DNA of 63,829 nt, the filler included, from Octopus bimaculoides (taxonomy: Eukaryota), in assembly GCF_001194135.2 (NCBI RefSeq). It is 8 parts of 8 records of this genome, joined end to end, with 100 filler letters (N's around TTAATTAATTAA, not from the genome) between each part and the next. Parts side by side here need not be neighbours in the genome. Positions count along the whole stretch, not along the records: positions 1 to 29,293 come from NC_068993.1; 7 more parts are not named here. One strand, written 5' to 3'. The position numbers and the translations under genes were made by a program. Of the stretch, positions 13,353 through 26,294 are shown in pieces (within the stretch, counting starts at the first letter, position 1; each line of letters begins with the position of its first letter). Under the pieces are notes generated by a model that saw only the letters and a program-made list of their open reading frames with translations, was not told where the DNA came from and did no database searches.

Positions 13353-13519
13353 TGGTTATGTATGTATGTATGTATGTATATATGTATTTATTTATATTCC
13401 TGGCATGGAAACGCTTTTAATAGCGGTGCCCCAGCATGGCCACAGCTAGTGAGCTGAAACTAGTGAAGGAAAAAAGTGAGGAATATATATATATGTATGA
13501 ATATATATATATATATATG

Positions 13520-13790
13520 GGAGAATTCCCGAAAAAACAACAGATGAAGACAGGTGGTGTAAACAACAAATGGATGTATTAGTATAACGCTCGGGAATAG
13601 AGAAAGTCTTTAACGTTTCGAGCCTACGCTCTTCAACAGAAAGGAACACAGAAAGAAACAAGGAGAGAAAAAAAAATATATGTGTAGTGGTCAGCGATCT
13701 ATCATGGCGAATGCCGAACAGAAGGATCACACAGGAGAGTTAAGAAGCAGGGGAGATAACAAAGAAGTAGTGACCCCAAAACGAAGGTGC
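13520..13790 (-). mobile_element. Non-autonomous PLE-like (pLTR-type) element ending in (TA)n
   Basis: Contains a hammerhead-like core and ends at a TA microsatellite; no ORF. Left boundary clearer than right. Confidence 0.5.
13608..13643 (-). ncRNA. Minimal hammerhead-like motif with variant core
   Basis: CTTT-CTGTTGA-A-GAGC gtag GCTC-GAAA-CG-T-T-AAAG: stem I 4 bp, stem II 4 bp, loopless palindromic stem III (AACGTT). A6 is replaced by U. Confidence 0.6.
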
Positions 13791-14165
13791 GCGTGTGTGA
13801 GAGAATGTTAATATAATAATTGCGAACGTCAGTGTGTCACACTTTTTCAACTTTACTAATTTTGGAATGAAGCCGACTCCGTGAGTAAATTAAAAACATT
13901 CCGGGCCGAATCTAGATCCACAATCCTGAGATTTTGGATTCCCAAATTTTCATTACTGCGATTGTTTTCGGCGATTCTTTATACGTGATTTTTTTTGCGT
14001 CGAATATAATCATCATTGAGATATGACTCTGGAGGAACCAATTGCAACAAATTCTCCAAAACAAGTCAGAAATCTTTTTGCAGATCTTCCCATTCGGAGT
14101 CAATAGGTTAAAAGCTATATACTGGCTTAAAAGCCACCGTATATGGGTGGCTTTTGAGCTACTAC

Positions 14166-14226
<61 letters not shown>

Positions 14227-14227
14227 C

Positions 14228-14960
14228 AGACGACTTCGGAATCTCCGGCAACTCTTCTGGACGGTCTTCTTGTTTGAGTTGGTGAATGCTGCCATAATCC
14301 TTGCCTTCACTTCATCTCTGGTGTTACAAGGAGGTTTGTTGGTCTCTTGCTCACCTGCACCCCACACATAATAAGCAAGGGGGTGGTTGTCTGCGGAGTT
14401 AGGTTGCCAGATGTTAGTGGTGATGTGGTCGCAGAAATTGTCTGACAGCTGTGACTGGGTTCTCCTGCTTGTGTGGCACAATGCAGAGTCCTGTTGCTAG
14501 AAAGTAGGGTGTTCCAGCAGCCACCCTCTTGACCCAAGGCAACACTACCTCCTCCAGGCACTTGATGTAGGCCTCTATGTTCAGTTTGCAGCGGTGTGGG
14601 AAGATGAATGGAGGCATAACGCCGACATCACTAGTGATCACTCCAAACGCCATGATGTTGACTGGATGTTTAATTTTTATCACTCTCGGGACATGTCCTC
14701 AGATTGCACTATCCTCAGATTGCACTGTCCTCAGATTGATACCCAAGCACTGAAATGTTCATACTGGAGCTTCCGACGCGAATGCCAAGCAGTACAGCAT
14801 ATCGTTTCCAAATTTCTGACCGAGTGAATTGCGCCATGGTGTTATTTTTCTCACAGAGAGTGCCCAAATGACCCTACTGTAGTCGAGAAAATCAAAAGCA
14901 AACATGCGCACGCGCGAAATAAAAAATATAAACCAACGAAAATTCACACATCGCACCCTG
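14228..14960 (-). mobile_element. Internally deleted maT (DD37D)-like transposon, second copy
   Basis: KHPVNIMAFGVITSD...; D-SAPCHT...WQPNSADNHPL-(A) gives 37-residue spacing. TIR CAGGGTGCGATGTGTGAATT followed by TA. Confidence 0.85.
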
Positions 14961-16394
14961 TATATACTTACGGACACACACACACACATACCAAAAATTA
15001 CAAAGAATACTGAGATTGGCATGTCTTTAGATTTTTCTATTAATTTGATAGTTAGTTATACAGCATAATTAGTTAGTTAAAATGACTTCCCTTTGTATCT
15101 TAAGCATAACAGAATAATGAAATAAGCTTGCCACGAATTAATAAATTCAGTTTGCTTCGAACCACGTTTGCAGAAGACCCTGAATGAAGATGCATGGCAT
15201 GGTGTAGTGGGTTGCATACGCAACTACAGATACTCTGTGCAGCAGAAACACATGTCGGTCATTTTAAGTGACTAATTATCAAACTAACTCACTAATTGTT
15301 AAATTTTTAAAAAAATTGAAGCTATACTAGTTTCCCTAGCTACACAATTTTTTGTAAATTCTTAAATATATCTCCTTCTGGATATATATATACTACCAAA
15401 CACTTTTTGTTGAATACTCTCTTTTAAACTGTTTTAAACATATTCTTCTTATTATCAAAGAATATATACATGTATTCTTATCTATGTATTTCAATACTTA
15501 AACTGTTTTTGATATTTTCTTATGATTATCAAAGAATGTATATATGTATTTTAATACTTTTGTGACAACCAGTACTTAACACAACAAAGCTTTACATTTT
15601 ACTTTTGACAATTTTTTTTCTAAAAAAGTGAAACCGACCAAGTGAATAAACATCTTTAAAATTGCATTTTCAAACCTTCTTTCATATATGTTTCCACTCG
15701 TGTGGTATCTTNNNNNNNNNNNNNNNNNNNNNNNNNNNNNNNNNNNNNNNNNNNNNNNNNNNNNNNNNNNNNNNNNNNNNNNNNNNNNNNNNNNNNNNNN
15801 NNNNNNNNNNNNNNNNNNNNNNNNNNNNNNNNNNNNNNNNNNNNNNNNNNNNNNNNNNNNNNNNNNNNNNNNNNNNNNNNNNNNNNNNNNNNNNNNNNNN
15901 NNNNNNNNNNNNNNNNNNNNNNNNNNNNNNNNNNNNNNNNNNNNNNNNNNNNNNNNNNNNNNNNNNNNNNNNNNNNNNNNNNNNNNNNNNNNNNNNNNNN
16001 NNNNNNNNNNNNNNNNNNNNNNNNNNNNNNNNNNNNNNNNNNNNNNNNNNNNATATATACATACGCATATACGTATATATACTTATAAAGTTAAGAGGTT
16101 TCACACGAGAAAATTCATATAACAAAAACAAAGAGAAAATGCTTTGAGAATTTTATCATGGAAAAAGAAAGAAAATGTTTTCATTTTTATCAAAATGTGT
16201 TACAGATTTCCATCGTTTTCAAGCTGATTTAGTGATGCTGTAAGAGAAGAGTTAAAATAAATTTAAATAAATAAAATTAAATTCATTTTTCATGTTATCA
16301 GTCATGAACTTCCCTCATTTTTCTAAAAAAATTCACATGGTGGTGTGCATGTATACATACATGCATACATACATACGCACACGCACGCGCGCGC

Positions 16395-16459
<65 letters not shown>

Positions 16460-16489
16460 AAATGTAAATCGTCATATTCTTACATTATG

Positions 16490-16635
16490 CCAATGATCGC
16501 CTCTACACGGCCGGCGCGTCCCCGATTCTTCCGCCGACAACCCGCACGCCCTGGAGTGAGCGCCCTTGCTGTCGCCGTCGTTCCACGCCTCGCGCCGCGG
16601 CAGATCCGCTCGCTCACCCGCCCACTGGTTTCCTA
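16490..16635. other. Isolated GC/CpG-rich patch of unknown identity
   Basis: About 140 bp dominated by G/C with many CpG, in very AT-rich surroundings. Confidence 0.6.
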
Positions 16636-16914
16636 TCCACACTTTCTTCATCTGGTAACCCATTTGTACTTATTCTCTAAATTTTATCTCTCAAACCTCA
16701 TTCTTCGTACATCTAGTATCAGTTTTATCTTAAACATTAAAAAAATACATTCACCCTCCGACGAAGGAATTTGCTATACATCACAGTTGTTATCTCCCTT
16801 GATCATTTGAACTTAAATTTTGTTTTTGACAATGGAGAACACAACGACTTGTTTGGTCTTTTTTATATTTTAAGAATAAAATACATAGCTTTCTTCTACG
16901 AAACACAACAAAAC

Positions 16915-17180
16915 AATATCATAACCACATTATAACTATATTATAACACCCTCATCATGACCATGCAATAATTACATCATAACCACAAAATAGTCACATC
17001 ATAACTACATCGTAACTACATTAAGACCACATCATACCCTACTTATAATTACATCATAACCACTTCATAGCCACAACACAACCACATTATAACCACATCA
17101 TAACTACACGACAACTACTTCATGACCTCACAATATCTACGTCATTATTACATAACGTAACTACATCCAAACCACTGTGG
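16915..17180. repeat. Degenerate ~11-bp minisatellite (CATAACCACAT-like)
   Basis: Recurrent ATAACCACATC / ATAACTACATC units. Confidence 0.8.
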
Positions 17181-17546
17181 TCATCTGTCTCCCTTATCCG
17201 TTTGTCTCCATGGATACAAACGCACTGTCTTGGTCTACCGTCTTGGTCACAACCAACTACAACTCCACTATCATTCCTCCAACCAAAATAGAAATTAGGA
17301 TTGAGAATGACGGGAAGGATTATATGTATGTCATTATTCAGTTTATTTCAAGATTTCTTGCCAATAGAGAAAGAACCGGTTTCTAACCTAGATCCAAGGT
17401 TCCTTCATTGGAATTTCAACATCGACAACAAGGTATGTATGTATGTATGTATGTATGTATGTGCAGATTTGTATGTTTTATGTATGTATTCTAATGCACA
17501 GAGTTACATATCTAGATATGCTCATATATGTATGTATGTATGTATG

Positions 17547-18703
17547 GTTTTTCATTCAGTTTTATTTAAATTCTTAAGAGAGTTAAAGCCTGCCGCTCTA
17601 TGAGCGGCAGGACTTTTTGAGTTAAGAGAGTTCTCAGTGTTTGTAAATATGTGGTTGAGTTGGTGGTTGGTTGAGCTGTTGATGCACACTTCCAAGTGTG
17701 TGCATCTATTCACTTAAAGAATCTCAAATGGAGAATCTTTGAATCTTTGGAATGTCTTACAAATTTTCACCTTGCCACCAATAGATTGGGTATGGAGAAT
17801 CCGCGTCAGTATCTTTTGCACTTTTTCCAAAAAGCTAGTATTTCTAGGTTCTTGTGTAAATTTATTGGTACATACCTAATGCACCTATAATGATAGGTAC
17901 AAATGAGAATTTATAGTCAAGAACTGTAAGTTCCGTATTAATTCACCATAAATATTCTCTTTTTCCCAGACTTTTGATCATATATTCACATCCACTGGGC
18001 AGCTGATCTCTACAACTGCATGACTTTTTTCCTTATCCCATAGAACAGTATCAAATTTGTTGTTTGTCCCGAATTGCTGTTTCTATTAGAGTGTTCCACC
18101 AGTATTCCTTGCTTTTAAAGGTGTTGATACATGCTGGTTCTGATATGCTTTCGATGTATATGTCAGGGCAGTCTTTCATGCAGATAGCATTGTAAATAGT
18201 CTTTGCGGCTATATCATGCCTCACGGACATGAAGTATCTCGAAGACATTTTGGGACAGCTGATGATGTGTCTGATATCTTCCACACTGGTATAGCAGAAC
18301 CGATATTTTCTATCAAAACGTGGAGGATTCGTGGTATCTTTGTTACTCTGGCTTATCAGGTTTTTAGTAGCTGTCTCCTGGATAGCGAATGTATCTATCA
18401 CAAGTCCAGGAGAGGCTACTCTTCCTGTCAATGCTGTTGTTGCCCTCTATCTTACGGGATATGTACCTATGCATTGCTTTTTGCTAGTATGATGCCTGCT
18501 TCTCCTCCGAGCTTCTGCTTAGGTAGGCCAGCCCCGCCTCTTTTGAGTCACATGAGACAGGTGTATTCTCAGAGTAACGACACAGTAGTTCTTCTCCAAC
18601 TCTAATGTTGTTGCTCTCACTTTTGAATATGCATGAATGTACTCGTTTCTTTCTTTACTGTTCAGAAGATGTCGGAGTGATACATATGACATTCAAACGC
18701 TGT
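17547..18703 (-). mobile_element. 5'-truncated R4/Dong-like LINE
   Basis: FAIQE..ATK, CCHC-knuckle remnant (RFC..SVEDIRHIISC), RHD..AKTIYNAI, EYWWN, LVQFYG..ISCPVD, PIIIGALG. Both flanks are (TGTA)n. Confidence 0.9.
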
Positions 18704-18893
18704 ATGTATGTACGTACGTACGTATGTATGTATGTATGTATGTATGTATGTATGTATGTATGTATACATAATGATACACACATGCATGCACACGCACGCA
18801 CGCACGCACGCACGCACACACGCACGCACGCACACGCACATATACACACATATATATAGTTACAAATGTTTATATACATGTATATATGTATGT

Positions 18894-18935
<42 letters not shown>

Positions 18936-20156
18936 ATCTATCTGTTTCTTTCTCTCTCCCCGTTCCCCCTCTCTCTCTTTCTGTTATATATATATGTGTA
19001 TATATATATATATGNNNNNNNNNNNNNNNNNNNNNNNNNNNNNNNNNNNNNNNNNNNNNNNNNNNNNNNNNNNNNNNNNNNNNNNNNNNNNNNNNNNNNN
19101 NNNNNNNNNNNNNNNNNNNNNNNNNNNNNNNNNNNNNNNNNNNNNNNNNNNNNNNNNNNNNNNNNNNNNNNNNNNNNNNNNNNNNNNNNNNNNNNNNNNN
19201 NNNNNNNNNNNNNNNNNNNNNNNNNNNNNNNNNNNNNNNNNNNNNNNNNNNNNNNNNNNNNNNNNNNNNNNNNNNNNNNNNNNNNNNNNNNNNNNNNNNA
19301 GCCCCAGGATGTCCTCCTGGGGCTAAAAGCAACAGTAACATCCACCCCTAGGGGTCAGCCACACTTAAGTGGCAATATACTACACTTTATATATATATAT
19401 ATATACACATACTCGCATACACACATTTCCACAACAAAAATAGATGAAAGAAAATAGAGAAATTTAAGGAAGTGGAAAGTTAATCTGAACAGGAAGAAAT
19501 ATAATCAATGAGGATGATAGAATAAGAGAATAGAGACGGTTATTGGTAATCCGTTGAAGAGATATTCTCTAAATCTCTTTTGACAAAATAACTAATTCCA
19601 GAAAGACTGCTAAATCCGCCGTGAGAGCTTTGAAGTTTCTGACTTAAAAGAATTAGTCGTATATGATCCCCGATTAGCTTATCTGTGCATCCATGTGTTG
19701 GTGTGTATGTGTGTGTGTGCGTGTGTGTCTGTGTGTATGAGTGTATGAATGTGAGTGTGTGTGTGTATATGTGTCATTTATGTCTTTGTTGCGGAAGTGT
19801 ATGTCTGAAATTGTGTATATGTGTGTGTGTGTGTGAAAGTGTGTGGTATTTGTGTATGAGTATTCGTGTTTATATGTGTGGGTATATTCGTTTCTTTGTA
19901 GAAGTGTGTGTATGTACGAGACTATGAATATGTGTATCTGTATGCATGTCTGTGTGTATGTGATACAATTAGAGTAAAAAGGAGAGAGGTTAAAGGAGAA
20001 GGGGATGGAGGTCTCACAAAGGTAAGTTATATCAGTCAATAGGTTAATAAGAGTTTGTCTTTACAATAGTAAAATGGCTGTCTGTCATCAACGAAGTTGT
20101 CTCTGACTCTCAACTAAGACTGAACAGAGGGGAGAGAGAGAAAGGGAGATAGAGAA

Positions 20157-20216
<60 letters not shown>

Positions 20217-20510
20217 AAGAGAGGGATAAAAAGAAAAGGAAAAACTTTCAGATGATAAAGGTTTCAATCGTGGCTCAAAGAAATATCGAATGAACAAAAT
20301 GTTTCCACACTCACACACACACACACACATACACACGCACGCACGCTCACCCCTTGCTCACTCGCTGCGTTGCCACACATACACACAGTATGTCTATACA
20401 CTGATCTATTTCTTTCTACAGTCAACTTCTTTTTACTTTCTCCAGACTTAGTGGTGGTTCTGGTGCTAGTACCGATGTTCATGCTGGTGATAATAGATGT
20501 GACTATAGCT

Positions 20511-20603
20511 GAGATGAGGGAGGTGATGAGAGTAATGTTGAGATGAGGGAGGTGATGAGAGTAATGTTGAGATGCGGGAGGTGATGAGAGTAATGTTGAG
20601 ATG
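20511..20603. repeat. 29-bp tandem repeat, about 3.2 copies
   Basis: GAGATGAGGGAGGTGATGAGAGTAATGTT starts at 20511, 20540, 20569 and 20598. Confidence 0.9.
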
Positions 20604-20685
20604 TTCTCTTGATTTCATTGGTCCAATTTAACACCCAAACTTCCAAGGTCAGTCAAGATAGTACCAGTCAAATACTGAAGTAGAC

Positions 20686-20772
<87 letters not shown>

Positions 20773-21221
20773 CCATCTCTTTCTTTCGGGATTGACTAAA
20801 TTTTCGCCGTGAAAATGGTCGTGATAAACAAGTCACAGTTTTATTTTTTTTTGCAAAATGGACAAAATTTAGCCTCTTCTAGAGGAAAAAAGATAAAAAA
20901 CGATTTATTGTCGGAAACGTCCAAAGATGGACCAATTGTGATGTACACGACAAACATAGAAGTACATAGATGTAGATATAAGTATAACATATAACTACAA
21001 CATCGAAACGGAAATATATAAGAAAAATAACTTTGATTTCTCTTTTTTACACCATTTTGAGGAAACTAAATTGGGTTGATAAAACACCGAGTCGTACGCA
21101 TATCTTCAGGAGTCCATGAGAAAGGTGATTAGGATTATTAAAAGGTAGTGGATGTCAGAGAGAGAGAGAAAGAAAGAGAAAGAGAGAGTGAAAGTGAGCG
21201 AGGGAAAGTGAGAGAGTGAGG

Positions 21222-21283
<62 letters not shown>

Positions 21284-21767
21284 NNNNNNNNNNNNNNNNN
21301 NNNNNNNNNNNNNNNNNNNNNNNNNNNNNNNNNNNNNNNNNNNNNNNNNNNNNNNNNNNNNNNNNNNNNNNNNNNNNNNNNNNNNNNNNNNNNNNNNNNN
21401 NNNNNNNNNNNNNNNNNNNNNNNNNNNNNNNNNNNNNNNNNNNNNNNNNNNNNNNNNNNNNNNNNNNNNNNNNNNNNNNNNNNNNNNNNNNNNNNNNNNN
21501 NNNNNNNNNNNNNNNNNNNNNNNNNNNNNNNNNNNNNNNNNNNNNNNNNNNNNNNNNNNNNNNNNNNNNNNNNNNNNNNNNNNNNNNNNNNNNNNNNNNN
21601 NNNNNNNNNNNNNNNNNNNNNNNNNNNNNNNNNNNNNNNNNNNNNACACACACACACACACAAACACACATAAACTCGGTCACTTATTCACAAATGTCTG
21701 GTCTCGTCTTGGCTCAAAGAAAGAAATCCTGTCATCAAGTTTGCTTAGATAATTTTCGAAGTAAACA

Positions 21768-22173
21768 TTCTTTTATTCTTTTACTTGTTTCAGTCATTTG
21801 ACTACGGCCATACTGGAGCACCGCCTTTAGTCGACCAAATCAACCCCGGGACTTATTCTTTGTAAGCCTAGTACTTATTCTTTTGCCGAACTGTTAAGTT
21901 ACGGGGACGTAAACACAACCGCATCGGTTGTCAAGCGACGGTGGGGGACAAACACAGACATACAAACACATACACACATACATACATATAAACAAATATA
22001 CATATATTTATATACGACGAGCTTCTTTCAGTTTCTGTCTACCAATCCACTCACAAGGATTTGGTCAGCCTGAGGCTATACTAGAAGACACTTGCCCAAG
22101 GTGCCACGCAGTGGGACTGAACCCGGAACCATATGGTTGGGAAGCAAGCTTCTTACTACGCAGTCACGCCTGC
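21768..22173 (-). mobile_element. tRNA-derived SINE family A, near full length
   Basis: tRNA-like head (GGGTTCAGTCCC), CCTTGGGCAAG core, internal microsatellite and conserved tail; matches 22908-23317. Confidence 0.9.
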
Positions 22174-22868
22174 ATCTATATAAACATATTATATTAGTAT
22201 CGAATACATCGATATGCTTTTAATCTGTATAAATATTTAATATTCCATATTGTTAACAGAGTCTAAAACAATTTACAGTGGATTAACACATCTTCTGCTC
22301 GTCGCTCGTTTTGCCTGGGAATTAAGTCCTCGTAAAGTAGATTCAATGAACTATGACGTTAATAAGTTTGTTCTCAACTAATTATTTACTTTAATTAATA
22401 TCTAATTACTTTATTGTGCAGGTCATTATACCAATGTAAGACGTCGAATTGCTCAGATACTCATTAAAGCATTAATTACACTGAGTACATTGTACATTGA
22501 CGTCATTGATGACGTATTGGAAGATACTTGTGCATAATGCCATCTTTAGGGTTTAACGCTTAGAGGGTCCGAAGGCCGACAGCTAGCGGAATTGGAAAGC
22601 ATAGCGTTGTTGTTGTGACTATTGTTATTCACGTTGTTGCGACTGCAGGTGATGTCTTTGTAGGTGTTGATGACGATAGTCTTGTGGTTGCTGTTGATGT
22701 TGCTAGTGGCGATGGTGATGTTGATGATGTTGTTATTGTAGTTGTTGACGTAGTTCTTGAGGATACACGTGTGAGTGTATGTATTTATGTATGCACGCAT
22801 GCATGCGTGTATGTATGTATGCATATATGTATGTATACCTATATGTATGTATGCCTATATGTATGTAT

Positions 22869-22902
<34 letters not shown>

Positions 22903-22907
22903 ATATA

Positions 22908-23060
22908 GTGGCTGTGTGGTAAGTAGCTTGCTTAGCAAACACATGATTCTGGGTTCAGTCCCACTGCGTGGCACCTTGGGCAAGTGTCTTCTACTATAGC
23001 CTCGGGCCGAATAAAGCCTTGTGAGTGGATTTGGTTGACGGAAACTGAAAGAAGCCCGTC

Positions 23061-23122
<62 letters not shown>

Positions 23123-23317
23123 GTGTGTGTGTGTCCCCCAACATCGCTTGACAACCGATGTTGGTGTGTTTACGTCCCCGTAACTTAGCGGTTTGGCAAA
23201 AAGAGACCGATAGAATAAATACTAGGCTTACAAAGAATAAGTCCTGGGGTCGATTTGCTCGACTAAAGGCGGTGCCCCAGTATGGCCGCAGTCAAATGAC
23301 TGAAACAAGTAAAAGAG
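22908..23317 (+). mobile_element. tRNA-derived SINE family A, near full length
   Basis: Reverse complement of 21768-22173. Confidence 0.9.
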
Positions 23318-23517
23318 AGTAAAGAGAGATACCCGTTGAAGTGACCACACAAAGCTGCTGTTAATAAATATTCAAATGCATAATTATTAAGAGTAATTTT
23401 AAATAATGTCATATGAATATGAAAATTGTTTAACGCTGGTGTGGGGTGCAGGAACATATGTTGTCATATACTACTAAAGACCGTCAACTTCCATCATCAT
23501 GCTGTTGTTGTTATTAC

Positions 23518-23701
23518 GGCGGCGAGCTGGCAGAATCGTTAGCACACCGGGCAAAATACTTAGCGGTATTCCGTCCTTAGGTTCTGAGTTCAAATTCCGC
23601 CGAGATCGACTATGCCTTTCATCCTTTCGGGGTCGATAAATTAAGTACCAGTCAAGTACTGGGGTCGATGTGATCGACCATCCCCTCCCCTAATTATTAT
23701 G

Positions 23702-23733
<32 letters not shown>

Positions 23734-23777
23734 AGCGGCAAGCTGGCAGAATCGTTAGCACGCTGGGCGAAATGCTT
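23518..23777 (+). mobile_element. SINE family B, two tandem copies (second cut by gap)
   Basis: GGCGGCGAGCTGGCAGAATCGTTAGCA head ... GAGTTCAAATTCC ... TTTCATCCTTTCGGGGTCGATAAATTAAGTACCAG. Confidence 0.85.
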
Positions 23778-24044
23778 NNNNNNNNNNNNNNNNNNNNNNN
23801 NNNNNNNNNNNNNNNNNNNNNNNNNNNNNNNNNNNNNNNNNNNNNNNNNNNNNNNNNNNNNNNNNNNNNNNNNNNNNNNNNNNNNNNNNNNNNNNNNNNN
23901 NNNNNNNNNNNNNNNNNNNNNNNNNNNNNNNNNNNNNNNNNNNNNNNNNNNNNNNNNNNNNNNNNNNNNNNNNNNNNNNNNNNNNNNNNNNNNNNNNNNN
24001 NNNNNNNNNNNNNNNNNNNNNNNNNNNNNNNNNNNNNNNNNNNN

Positions 24045-24201
24045 GCACACACATCTGCGATGATTTCCTCAGTTCTGCTGGTTGCGGGTCTCTCAGAACG
24101 TTCGCCAATACCGACATTTTTTGGCTATCTTGGAAATGTCTGAACCACTCGTATGCTTGTGTGTGGACCATGCATTCCTCTCCATACACTTTCTGCAACA
24201 A
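24045..24201 (-). mobile_element. mariner transposase N-terminal fragment
   Basis: MLQKVYGEECMVHTQAYEWFRHF matches the mariner HTH region. Confidence 0.8.
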
Positions 24202-24233
24202 TCCGGATATTTATTGATCAGCCCTCGTATGTA

Positions 24234-24276
<43 letters not shown>

Positions 24277-24714
24277 GCATGTATGTATGACTTTATATTT
24301 GAAACGGGAGTTTCTAGGTTTTTGAGGAACGTGGTAGTATCTCTAAGTAAGTTTTGATCCCATATCTACTCTGTACCGAAATAGTAGCTCCCGTTAGAGT
24401 CTCGGCTATGGGCCAATTAACATATGAACCACTGAGAGTGAAGGGTCCCTAGTTCTCGTTAGAACTTCCTTCTAGAAGGTGAACTCGTATAAAAATCCTG
24501 AAGTGAAGTTGGTTTCTAGTTGTGTCAGCCTATTCTGTGGTGCTGATATTGTTGCTAATTTCGTTCAAAAATGGGTCCATCACTGAGCAACACTTTATTC
24601 ACTCAAAACAAATTCGCGCACATGAATTTCTTGGACTCCAGGAAAGTTTTTGTACGAACTTGCTGTGTTTAAGAAGTGGTCTTACATGCTCACGAGTTGA
24701 TTTCCACTATATAA

Positions 24715-24745
<31 letters not shown>

Positions 24746-24841
24746 TGTGTGTGTGTGCGTGTGCGTGCGTGTGTGTGTGTATATATATATACAACGTTAT
24801 ATATATATATATATAACGTTACTTACTTTTTATTCAACCTG

Positions 24842-24909
<68 letters not shown>

Positions 24910-25189
24910 GGTTGAGTAAAAAGTAAGCAACGAAGAATTTGTACCGGATCTAAATATTTGATATGACGCCTGTCTATAGGGAACTGAATCGCTCCCCATG
25001 AGGAGGAAGGATTGTTTAAGATTTGGTCTTGTAAAAGAGAAAGACGTGCCACTATGAGGGAGAGAGTAATGATTAAGTGGTCAGTATGGTGCTGTGCTGA
25101 GAGGAATTACTTCTGTCTGGTGTTGTAGCGTACTTTTAACCAACGATCCGTGCAGGTAATGACGGGCGGTTTTTAAATTATGTGTAATT

Positions 25190-25930
25190 GGAATTTTGTA
25201 AAGAAAAATTTGTTCAAGCGGATATTTCCGATCTTTTGTTCAACAAATCGAAATGTGTTTTACTTCCGTGTGAGGCATAGATTGCATCTTTGGTCTATTT
25301 GAATATAGGTTTGCAGTTAAGACGATGCTCCAACTTATCGGGATCTTGTTAATTTCATTATCCTACAGATTCAGGTGTGGTAAAATAGAAAGTTAGAGTT
25401 CATCCAACCTCTGGTTTTATTTCTACCAACATCTCTTACAGGAGTGAAAATGCTCTCTGAGACATTGCAATGAATTGTTCGGAATACCATGGGAATACTT
25501 TGTCTTTTTGCTTAGGGAGTCAAGATTAGGGAAGTCTTCTGGGTGGAACTAATTCCTCTCCAGTAGGCGGATATCGACTGCACCTAGATATCTTTGGTGT
25601 GTTGTAAGTGAAGTGAAACGAAATAATTTAATCAGCAATCAATCTACAATGCAAACCCGTTTTATTTCTGTTACCCTATTTTGGAGGAAGGGTAACGGTG
25701 GTAATCCTTTGGTAATCCTTTGGTAATCCTTTTTCTCGGGGACTTCAAGAAGAAAGGTATAAGAAAGGGCCGAAGAAATATTAGTTAACTTTATGAATGC
25801 CAAAGGCTCGCTAGAGGCAAGTGGTGTTGGTTGAAGCCATTTCCAGATCCATCAGGAACGCTTGTAGAACTTCATAAATTGATCTTCTGGATAAAGTGAC
25901 GTTGGCGTATGTTGCTACCTCTTTATAGTC
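25190..25930 (-). mobile_element. Degenerate, internally deleted PLE
   Basis: C-terminal KP..RCNLCLTRK...LLNKRSEI at 25.2-25.3 kb is clear; thumb-like KTSIP / FPWYSEQ remnants at 25.5 kb are weaker. Confidence 0.55.
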
Positions 25931-26132
25931 CATCCCCAAAGTTCCTTCCTACCGAGCTTCGTTTACAAGGTTGGGGTTGACCAGAGGGTTTGATAGGTGA
26001 CACTTGCCGAAGGTGCTATGCAGTGGGACCGAACTTGGTGTCATGTTATTGTGAAGTGAACTTCCAAACCATGCTGTCATACCTTTGCCAGAACTGGAAG
26101 GTTGCAACTTCCTTACAGTATTCATAAAATGC

Positions 26133-26294
26133 AGACCAAAATGTTTAGCGACATTTCGTCTGTCTTTGCGTTCTGCGTTCAAATTCCACCGAGGTAGACT
26201 TTGCCTTTCATCCTTTCGGGGTCGGAAAAATAAGTACCAGTCGAAAACTGGGATCGATGTAATCGACTGACCTCTCCCCCGAAATTGCTGGCCT
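26133..26294 (+). mobile_element. SINE family B
   Basis: Shares GTTCAAATTCCACCGAGG...TTTCATCCTTTCGGGGTCG with other copies. Confidence 0.85.

Noticed and set aside
16915-20603. CRISPR-like arrays (11-bp and 29-bp repeats)
   Set aside because: No unique spacers and no cas genes; ordinary eukaryotic minisatellites.
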